Of a DNA stretch of 64,000 bases, positions 56,426-64,000 are shown piece after piece. The notes beneath the pieces are model-generated. The model saw only the letters and a program-made list of their open reading frames with translations. It was not told where the DNA came from and ran no database searches. Within the stretch, counting starts at the first letter, position 1. Each line of letters begins with the position of its first letter. The DNA is from Tannerella forsythia. GTDB taxonomy: Bacteria; Bacteroidota; Bacteroidia; Bacteroidales; Tannerellaceae. Made by a program: the position numbers and the translations under genes. The stretch covers positions 35,143 through 99,142 of the forward strand of contig NZ_JUET01000078.1 in NCBI RefSeq assembly GCF_001006485.1, written 5' to 3'.

Positions 56426-57631
56426 ATGAAGTATCTCGTTGTCCTCGCAGACGGTATGGCAGATGAGCCGATAGCCGAATTGGGACATCGCACGCCGTTG
56501 CAATATGCTCGAACGCCTTATATGGACCGGCTTGCAGCATCGGGAGTGACCGGAAGCCTGCGTACAGTTCCCGATGGCTTTGCGCCGGGCAGTGAGGTAG
56601 CCAATCTGTCCGTATTAGGCTACAGCCTCCCGGCTGTCTACGAAGGACGCGGCGCGCTCGAAGCGGCCGGTATGGGAATACGATTGCGACCGGACGAACT
56701 GGCCATGCGGTGTAACCTGCTCTGCGTGGAGGGAGAACGGCTGAAAAGTTATTCGGCAGGAGACCTCGCCGACGAAGAAGCCGAACAGCTCATCACCTTT
56801 CTTAACAACGAGCTGGGCGATGAAAACATCCGGTTTTGTCGCGGCCTGTCATACCGGCATCTGCTGGTCATCAAAAAGGGCGACAAACGGATCGACTGTA
56901 CACCTCCCCATAACATCCTCTCGCTTCCGTTTCGCCCGGCTTTGGTCAGGGCTCAAACACCCGAAGCCGGCCCAACAGCCGTCCTTCTCAACGAACTGAT
57001 TCGGAAATCGCAAGATATACTGCCGGATCATCCGGTCAACCGCCGACGGATCAACGAAGAGAAAGAGCCGGCCAACAGCATCTGGCCATGGTCACCGGGA
57101 TATCGCCCGGTCATGCAGACATTCAAACAGCTGTATGGCATCGGAAAAAGCGCCGTCATCTCGGCCGTCGATGTGATTCGCGGTATCGGAGCTTATGCCG
57201 GCATGGACGTGATAAGCGTCGAAGGAGCTACCGGCAAACATGACACGAACTACGAAGGCAAAGCACAAGCAGCTATCCGAGCCTTGCAAACGCACGACTT
57301 CGTATATCTGCATATCGAAGCGAGCGATGAGGCCGGACACGCAGGTGATGCAGCACTGAAAGTCCGTACCATCGAAGACTTGGATTCCCGGATTATCAAG
57401 CCTTTATTCGAAGCGCTGAGTCAATGGGATGTTCCCGTCACGGTCGCGGTACTGCCTGACCACCCTACCCCATGCGCTCTGCGTACACACACCGACACGC
57501 CCGTTCCTTTTCTGATCTACCGTCCCGGAATAACACTCGACAGGGTAACCCGCTACGATGAATTTTCCGTGCAGCATGGAAAATACCCGTTGCTCAATGG
57601 CAACGAGTTTATGAAAGAAGTATTGAAGTAA
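56426..57631 (+). CDS. apgM: Cofactor-independent phosphoglycerate mutase, archaeal type
   Basis: MKYLVVLADGMADEP start, about 400 aa, metalloenzyme superfamily. The conserved thrA-apgM arrangement is typical of Bacteroidales. Confidence 0.8.
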   Translation: MKYLVVLADGMADEPIAELGHRTPLQYARTPYMDRLAASGVTGSLRTVPDGFAPGSEVANLSVLGYSLPAVYEGRGALEAAGMGIRLRPDELAMRCNLLCVEGERLKSYSAGDLADEEAEQLITFLNNELGDENIRFCRGLSYRHLLVIKKGDKRIDCTPPHNILSLPFRPALVRAQTPEAGPTAVLLNELIRKSQDILPDHPVNRRRINEEKEPANSIWPWSPGYRPVMQTFKQLYGIGKSAVISAVDVIRGIGAYAGMDVISVEGATGKHDTNYEGKAQAAIRALQTHDFVYLHIEASDEAGHAGDAALKVRTIEDLDSRIIKPLFEALSQWDVPVTVAVLPDHPTPCALRTHTDTPVPFLIYRPGITLDRVTRYDEFSVQHGKYPLLNGNEFMKEVLK

Positions 57632-57648
57632 AAAATGCCTCGGTTCGT

Positions 57649-58545
57649 TTATTTGTCTTTCTTTCCTTTTTTCCACAACTGCCAGCTATTGATCATATTT
57701 TGCCACAGGATATACCCCGAAGGTGCGATCGCCGTCAGCGGATGCAGATACGTCTGTGCCATCCAGACAGCAAGGATCGTATTCTTCTGTCCGAGCCCCT
57801 GCCCCGACGACACCGGATCGCCATAATAACGGCCGATACGACGACCGAGTATAAATTGCAACACACATAAAACGAGCGACACACCCAGCAAACCGTATTC
57901 CGTTTGATAGTCGACATTATCCTGATTCAGCATAAACTGAACGGTGATACCCGTCACTACAGTCAGGGCAACAGCCCAGAGATAGAAGGTCATACGCGGC
58001 ATACTCAGCAAAAGACGGTGTACCCGAGGCGTCCATTTCCGAACGGCCAACGCCACAAACAGGGGGAGAATAAGCAGCGGGAGGACTTTCCGGCAGATAA
58101 ACCATACCGACTGCATAAACGTCATCTCATCGCCATGTACGCCGGTCAAGGTGAAATAGACGGGGGCAGCGACGGCCACAGCCATGTTGCAGAACAGCAG
58201 ATAAGCCGTCAGGAAGCCGACATTGCCGCCGAGCATACCTGTAATCACGGCCGCCGCTGTCGCCGTAGGTACCAGCATGCAGAGCATCGCTCCCTGCGCC
58301 ACGACAGCGTCGAACGGACGCAGTATCCAGTAAACGGCCGCACTCCCGACCAACTGAATCATCAGCAGCCAGAGGTGTGCCGGATGGAAGCGAATATCCT
58401 TCAGCGAGATTTTACAGAACGTGAGCAGCAGCATCGTAAAAATCAGGTAAGGAGTCAAAAAAGAAAGGCGGCTGACCCATTGATGAGCCAGCGCGCCTGT
58501 AATCATTGCGATCGGAAGCATCCAATCTTTTACGAATTTCAACAC
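57649..58545 (-). CDS. Putative BASS/AEC-fold membrane transporter
   Basis: About 10 TM helices. GQKNTILAV resembles the BASS-family GxQN motif. Confidence 0.45.
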   Translation of the reverse strand: MLKFVKDWMLPIAMITGALAHQWVSRLSFLTPYLIFTMLLLTFCKISLKDIRFHPAHLWLLMIQLVGSAAVYWILRPFDAVVAQGAMLCMLVPTATAAAVITGMLGGNVGFLTAYLLFCNMAVAVAAPVYFTLTGVHGDEMTFMQSVWFICRKVLPLLILPLFVALAVRKWTPRVHRLLLSMPRMTFYLWAVALTVVTGITVQFMLNQDNVDYQTEYGLLGVSLVLCVLQFILGRRIGRYYGDPVSSGQGLGQKNTILAVWMAQTYLHPLTAIAPSGYILWQNMINSWQLWKKGKKDK

Positions 58546-58588
58546 TTCGGTTATCGTTTATGGTTCGTTTCCGATTCGGGAACTTACG

Positions 58589-60577
58589 TTACCGGATGGG
58601 AATATACTGCACGAACGCCTCGATAGCCTCATACGAAGCCAGACCAAGTTGTTTGTACAGCTCGGCTGTCGCACGGTTACGGTCTTCGGCGCGTTGCCAG
58701 AAGAGACGTTCGTCGTCGCCAAGGAACGGTGCGCTTTCAGCCTGCGACTGATGCTTGAGAATCGCGTTCCGTTTGTAACGCAACTCTTCCGGACTGATCG
58801 GCACGGCCATCTCGATATGGTCCATCTCCCATTCCGCCCATGCCCCGCGATACATCCATATACGGCAATCCTTCATCCACTTCTGATCTTTCACCTCATC
58901 GATCGCGGCCAACGCAGCGTCGAGACACACCTTATGCGTTCCGTGCGGGTCGGCCAGGTCGCCGGCGACAAAAATCTGATTCGGCTTCACTTCGAGCAAG
59001 AGTTTCTTAATGATCTCCACATCTTTCTCGCTGATGGGGTTCTTCTTCACCAGACCCGTTTCGTAGAAGGGCAGATCGAGGAAATGTACATGCTCGTCCT
59101 TGACTCCCGAATAACGACATCCGTGACGCGCTTCTTCACGACGGATCGTCCCCTTCATAAACAGCACATCGGGACTTTCGGGCTTACCGTCTTCTTTCTT
59201 GTCGTAACGCAGATACTGTATGATCTCTTCCGCTTTTTTCCGGATCGTCTTATCTTTCGGCGAATATTTATCACATACATCGCACAGATATTCGCAATAC
59301 CGGATCACTTCCTCATCGCCTACGGCAATGTTGCCCGATGTCTGATAAGCCACATGCACGTCATGATGCTGGTCGCACAGACGACGCAACGTTCCACCCA
59401 TCGAGATCACATCGTCATCGGGATGCGGGCTGAAGAGGATCACTCGCTTGGGATACGGCTCGGCACGTTCGGGACGGTTCGAATCGTCGGCATTCGGCTT
59501 TCCGCCCGGCCATCCGGTGATGGTATGCTGAATATCGTTGAATATTTTGATGTTCACATTGTAGGCCGACCCGTAGAGCGCCAGCAGCTCGCCAAGCCCG
59601 TGTTCACTGTAATCCTTGTTGGTAAGTTTGAGAATCGGTTTATTCGTCAACTGACAGAGCCAAACGATGGCGCGACGAATCAGTTTGTTGTCCCATTCGC
59701 AGGTCGTCACGAGCCACGGATGACTGATACGTGTCAAGTCACAAGCCGACGAGAGATCGATGACCGCTTTGGCATTCGCATGATGCTGGAGGCAGGTAGC
59801 GGGCAAAGCATCCGTGACCGGATTTTCGATCGTTTTGCGGATAATATTGGCTTTATTTTCGCCCCACGAGATCAGCACGACCTTTTTCGCATCCATAATC
59901 GTACCGAGTCCCATCGTAATCACGCCCGCGGGCACGTTTTCGATAGAGCTGAACAACTGTGCCGATTCCTTGCGCGACGTGTCGTCCATCAGCACCAAAT
60001 GCGTGCGTGAGGCAACCGACGTACCGGCACTGTTTAGACCGATCGTGCCTCCCTGTCCGATACCGAGCAGCATATAATCAATGCCTCCGCATTCGTTGAT
60101 CTTCTGCTCATAGCTCTGACAGAACTCATAGATATCGTTTTTGTTCATAAAGCCATCCGGGCTGTAGATGTTCTTTTTCGGAATATCCACATGATTCAGG
60201 AACACTTCCTGCAACTGATGCAAGTTGCTGTTCGCCGCATTCGTCAGCGGATAAAATTCGTAAAGCAAAAAAACGATCACATTCTTAAAGCTCAGCTGTT
60301 CCTCTTTATGCATCTGAATGAGGTGTTGAAAAAGCGTGTGCGGCGAACGTCCGCCCGGTATAGCCATAACGAACTTCTTCTTAGCCTTTTGCTTTTCTCT
60401 GATCTCGTCGGCGATTTCTTTAGCCAGCACTGCCGAACCTTCATCCATCGTCGCGTAGATATGGGTCCGTATCTTCTCGAAACGTGTCAGCAAACTGTAC
60501 TCGTAAGCATTTTCCGGATGGTAGTATCTTTCCGGTATACGCGTCAACGTAATTTGTGAACTTAAATTATTTCTCAT
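58589..60577 (-). CDS. nagB: Glucosamine-6-phosphate deaminase (NagB domain) fused to a LmbE/PIG-L-like deacetylase domain
   Basis: The N-terminal half has NagB/6-phosphogluconolactonase fold motifs (MAIPGGRSPHTLF...). The C-terminal half has the PIG-L motif ILFSPHPDDDVISMGG and HxxH. Start chosen at MRNNLSS; the ORF-track start at 60610 is possible. Confidence 0.8.
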   Translation of the reverse strand: MRNNLSSQITLTRIPERYYHPENAYEYSLLTRFEKIRTHIYATMDEGSAVLAKEIADEIREKQKAKKKFVMAIPGGRSPHTLFQHLIQMHKEEQLSFKNVIVFLLYEFYPLTNAANSNLHQLQEVFLNHVDIPKKNIYSPDGFMNKNDIYEFCQSYEQKINECGGIDYMLLGIGQGGTIGLNSAGTSVASRTHLVLMDDTSRKESAQLFSSIENVPAGVITMGLGTIMDAKKVVLISWGENKANIIRKTIENPVTDALPATCLQHHANAKAVIDLSSACDLTRISHPWLVTTCEWDNKLIRRAIVWLCQLTNKPILKLTNKDYSEHGLGELLALYGSAYNVNIKIFNDIQHTITGWPGGKPNADDSNRPERAEPYPKRVILFSPHPDDDVISMGGTLRRLCDQHHDVHVAYQTSGNIAVGDEEVIRYCEYLCDVCDKYSPKDKTIRKKAEEIIQYLRYDKKEDGKPESPDVLFMKGTIRREEARHGCRYSGVKDEHVHFLDLPFYETGLVKKNPISEKDVEIIKKLLLEVKPNQIFVAGDLADPHGTHKVCLDAALAAIDEVKDQKWMKDCRIWMYRGAWAEWEMDHIEMAVPISPEELRYKRNAILKHQSQAESAPFLGDDERLFWQRAEDRNRATAELYKQLGLASYEAIEAFVQYIPIR

Positions 60578-60739
60578 TATAATTATTATATTTGATTTTT
60601 TTCCGCACAAAGGTACGAAAAATATCGTCTCATGCGCCCTTCAAAAACAATTTGCAGCGAACAATGTGTTTTAGCATCATGTACACGATAAAAATGCACA
60701 AGAAATTCCGTATCGAGGACGACTAACGCTGTTCCGCTC

Positions 60740-63202
60740 CTACTGCGGATCAACATCGGCATGCAGAATAACCTGACGGAACGACGGTGTCTGCTGCATC
60801 GCCGCATGAGCGGCTTCGAGCGTGTGACGCACGTCTTTCACGGCAACCGAAAGCGGTATCTTCAACATAATCCGGCGCACAAACAACGTCTGAACACGAC
60901 CTATCGGCGGTACGAAGGGGCCGACAACGTTCGTCCCCAAATCGCTCCGTAACTGCTCGCCGTACATGGCCGCGAACCGGTCCAGTGTCGATTCGTTCTT
61001 CGCCCGCATGATGACCGTGATCAGGCGGCAATAAGGCGGATAGCAGTATTGCTTACGCTCGGTCAGTTGTGAGAGTGCCATCCCGTCGTAGTCGAAGGTC
61101 TGTACCATGCGCAGTAGCGGATGTTGAGGTTGTGACGTCTGAATGATAACCGTTCCCTGTCCGGTACGCCGCCCTGCGCGTCCGCTCACCTGCATCATCA
61201 GCTGAAAAGCCCGCTCATGAGCGCGGAAATCCGGAAAGTTCATCAGGCTGTCGGCGTTCAGCACCCCAACCACGCTGACGTTCCCGAAGTCCAATCCTTT
61301 CGAGAGCATCTGCGTTCCGATCAGAATCTGTGTCTTCCCCTCTTCAAAATCGGTCAGGATACGCTCGTAGGCACGACGAGTACGGGCATTGTCGAGGTCG
61401 AGACGCGCTGTGGCGGCGTCAGGGAATAAGGTGGCGATCTCCTCTTCGATCTTCTCCGTGCCGAAGCCTACCATCTTGACCTCGGCGCTCGCACACGAGG
61501 GACAACGCGACGTCACAGGTTGCGAATAACCGCAATAATGGCAAACTTGCCGATGACGGCTGCGATGATACGTGAGCGTCACGTCGCAGTTCACGCAGTG
61601 CGGCACATAACCGCACGCCTTGCATTCCAGTATCGGAGCGAAACCGCGCCGGTTCTGAAACAAAATCACCTGCCGTCCGTGCGTCAGCGCCTCGTCGATT
61701 TTTTCGCGCAGCAACGGAGAGAACAGCGTCTCCTTCATGATTTTTTTGCGTCGCAATGTTTTCACGTCGACGATATGAATTTGCGGGATTAACGTTGGGC
61801 CATAACGTTCACGCAGCGTGACCAGCCCGTATTTTCCCGTCTTCGCATTATAAAACGAATCGAGCGAAGGCGTAGCCGAGCCGAGCAGTGTGCGGGCGTC
61901 GTGCATCGAGGCCAGCATAATGGCCGCATTGCGTGCATGATAGCGAGGCGCCGGGTCCTGCTGCTTATACGACGGCTCCTGCTCCTCGTCCACAATGACC
62001 AGCCCCAGAGCGGAAAACGGCAGAAACAGCGACGAACGTACTCCCACTACCGCCAACGGCTCGTCGGCCTCAAGCAGCTTATTCCACACCTCCACCCGTT
62101 CCGCGTCAGAGAGCCCGGAATGATACACCAGCAGACGTTGGCCTAACACCCGCGCCAACCGTTCGGTGATCTGTGTCGTAACGGCAATCTCCGGCAACAG
62201 ATACAAGACCTGCCGCCCCTCCCACAACGTCGCAAGGATCAGATGCAGATAGATTTCCGTTTTTCCGCACGACGGCGCTCCGTGCAACAGGCAAACGGCT
62301 TTCGTCGCGAACGTCTCGTTGATCGAGGTAAATGCCGCTTGCTGTGCCGCGCTCAGCGGACAGGGCGGATGCAGAGCCAACGTAAGATGTAACCGGCTGA
62401 TCTCTTTCCGATACGCCTCGATCACCCCACGCCGCAACAGCCCGTTCAGCGCCGACGGATCGGCACCGGCTGTTTTCAGCAACGCTTTTCGGGAGATTTC
62501 GGGTGTGCCTTCTCCCCGAAAAGGTTTCGTTTCGTCGAGGAAAGAGAGTAACAGCTTTTCCTGTTTCGGTGCTCGCCTCAACGATTCAAACACTGAGACG
62601 AGATCCGCTTCTTTCTCATACAGGGAAGACAGACGCAGGTAGATTTCCGTCTTGGGCACGAAGCCGCGTTTAAGCTCTTCGCGAACGGTTACGGCTCCCT
62701 GCTTCACAAGTTGCGTCAACGCGGGAATCAGGTTGTGCAGGCCGGTTTTCTTCTCAATCTCTGCCACTGTTTGCGGCTTTCCCTCTCCCGCCAACGCATC
62801 GAGTAGCGTTTGCAACTTGGGCGACAGGGGACGGGAAGCCTCAAAATCGTCACAAAGCGAAACGACGGTCTCGCTTCCGAGTTTCAGGCCGGAAGGAACA
62901 GCCGCTTTATACACATCGCCCAACGTACAAAGGTAATACGAGGCCATCCATTCCCAGAAATGCAATTGACACTCGTGAAGGACAGGCGCTTCATCGAGCA
63001 CGGTAAAAACGGATTTGACCGCATACAAATCGTCGGGAGGACGCTCGTGCACCTCCCTTACGATAGCCGTATAGTAGCGTTTAGCCCCGAACGGAACAAT
63101 CACCCTGCCGTTGGGCAACACCTGCGATGCCATACCTTCGGGGATCGCATACGTGTATGTCTGTGCCAAAGGCAAGGGCAAGATAACCTCCACATATTTC
63201 AT
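60740..63202 (-). CDS. priA: Primosomal protein N' (replication restart helicase PriA)
   Basis: Start MKYVEVILPLPL, Walker A GAPSCGKTE, DEEQ box and Cys4 zinc-finger region (CKACGYVPHCVNCDVTLTYH...CHYCGY...CPSC). The ORF-track start at 63259 would overlap the next gene. Confidence 0.9.
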   Translation of the reverse strand: MKYVEVILPLPLAQTYTYAIPEGMASQVLPNGRVIVPFGAKRYYTAIVREVHERPPDDLYAVKSVFTVLDEAPVLHECQLHFWEWMASYYLCTLGDVYKAAVPSGLKLGSETVVSLCDDFEASRPLSPKLQTLLDALAGEGKPQTVAEIEKKTGLHNLIPALTQLVKQGAVTVREELKRGFVPKTEIYLRLSSLYEKEADLVSVFESLRRAPKQEKLLLSFLDETKPFRGEGTPEISRKALLKTAGADPSALNGLLRRGVIEAYRKEISRLHLTLALHPPCPLSAAQQAAFTSINETFATKAVCLLHGAPSCGKTEIYLHLILATLWEGRQVLYLLPEIAVTTQITERLARVLGQRLLVYHSGLSDAERVEVWNKLLEADEPLAVVGVRSSLFLPFSALGLVIVDEEQEPSYKQQDPAPRYHARNAAIMLASMHDARTLLGSATPSLDSFYNAKTGKYGLVTLRERYGPTLIPQIHIVDVKTLRRKKIMKETLFSPLLREKIDEALTHGRQVILFQNRRGFAPILECKACGYVPHCVNCDVTLTYHRSRHRQVCHYCGYSQPVTSRCPSCASAEVKMVGFGTEKIEEEIATLFPDAATARLDLDNARTRRAYERILTDFEEGKTQILIGTQMLSKGLDFGNVSVVGVLNADSLMNFPDFRAHERAFQLMMQVSGRAGRRTGQGTVIIQTSQPQHPLLRMVQTFDYDGMALSQLTERKQYCYPPYCRLITVIMRAKNESTLDRFAAMYGEQLRSDLGTNVVGPFVPPIGRVQTLFVRRIMLKIPLSVAVKDVRHTLEAAHAAMQQTPSFRQVILHADVDPQ

Positions 63203-63228
63203 ACGTTCTCCGGGAGAGTAATCTTCCT

Positions 63229-63831
63229 TTAGAAGAATACGGCAGCCGAGATCATCCACGTGTGCGGCTTACCGATATAAGAGATGATATCGTTATCGAC
63301 CTTGTATGTCTTATAATTGTCGGTCAACCCGAGACTGTACGTCAGTCCCACCTGTACGATATCGAACACCTCGGCACCAGCCGTAAAGTTCAACCCTGCG
63401 GCAAAACTCTGGGCCTTCAATTGATCCGTCACTCTTCCGGGGATGTTTCTGAGCTTGTCGCCCGACACGCGGAACGAAGCATACGGACCGGCTGCTATGT
63501 AAGGTTTGACAAGCGGTAACATAATCTTGTACTTCAGATTGACGGGCACATCGATATAATCGTTCCGGTATCCTTTATCATTCAATCCGAATCCTTTCTG
63601 ACTGTACACCACCGCGGCATCGACCCCCAGGCCGGCTACGGGAATCATCAACTCGATCATCGGGCCGATATGAAATCCGGTGATATTCTCCGAATCGATC
63701 ACATCCCGATTAAACTTCACCGAGGCAATATTTACTCCGCCCTTCACGCCGAAACGCAACTGTGCCTGCATAGCCGGTGCTGCCAATAATACAGCAACGA
63801 ATAAAAACCATTTCAATTTTTTCATCATCAT
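63229..63831 (-). CDS. Outer membrane beta-barrel protein (OmpW/porin-like, 8-strand)
   Basis: Signal peptide MMMKKLKWFLFVAVLLAAPAMQAQ, alternating amphipathic strands and a C-terminal AAVFF. Confidence 0.7.
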   Translation of the reverse strand: MMMKKLKWFLFVAVLLAAPAMQAQLRFGVKGGVNIASVKFNRDVIDSENITGFHIGPMIELMIPVAGLGVDAAVVYSQKGFGLNDKGYRNDYIDVPVNLKYKIMLPLVKPYIAAGPYASFRVSGDKLRNIPGRVTDQLKAQSFAAGLNFTAGAEVFDIVQVGLTYSLGLTDNYKTYKVDNDIISYIGKPHTWMISAAVFF

Positions 63832-64000
63832 AATCTCCTATCATTAATATTTATACTCGATGGCAAAGGTATTACAATCCATTCAATAAACAAACCCAAT
63901 GCTTCATCTCCCCTTTTTCCCCCTTCAAAGGGGGGAATGCAAGGCTGATTGCTGAGAACTGAATGCTGTAAAAGCCCTGAAAGGGCGTAATAATTCAGCC

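Noticed and set aside
58649-60010. 453-aa plus-strand ORF opposite nagB
   Set aside because: It is antisense to a gene with clear NagB and PIG-L motifs. Its translation is rich in Arg, His and Phe, typical of a reverse-frame artefact.

Overview
This 64 kb window is a gene-dense, mostly housekeeping chromosomal region with the hallmarks of a Bacteroidales genome (Tannerellaceae- or Bacteroidaceae-like). Supporting signs are a SusC/SusD pair, a fused SecDF, a TonB with a Lys/Glu-rich linker, TAnnTTTG-type promoter boxes, an archaeal-type phosphoglycerate mutase immediately downstream of thrA, and a Bacteroidetes-type RNase P RNA. I call about 48 protein genes, one ncRNA (rnpB, absent from the ORF track) and several rho-independent terminators, most of them long bidirectional hairpins between convergent genes. 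I found no CRISPR array, IS element, integrase, tRNA or rRNA. The most interesting locus is a compact same-strand cassette at 36556-41526. It runs YidE-like transporter, sugar/alcohol-phosphate nucleotidyltransferase, ATP-grasp enzyme, CDP-alcohol phosphotransferase and HAD hydrolase, with ATGA start/stop overlaps. It looks like an undescribed CDP-alcohol-dependent head-group or compatible-solute pathway, possibly inositol-phosphate-related. It is followed directly by a His/Cys-rich small membrane protein and a CzcCBA-type metal RND efflux system whose adaptor has a His-rich N-terminal tail. Other notable items are a surface-lipoprotein serpin (miropin-like), an AT-rich islet carrying two orphan small lipoproteins and a degenerate direct repeat, a secreted tandem-DUF1080 protein paired with a secreted xylose-isomerase-like TIM barrel (3-keto-glycoside pathway parts), a minimal arabinan-type PUL with no regulator, and an NfeD-VOC-flotillin operon. 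All functional calls rest on motif and family recognition by eye; no database searches were run.
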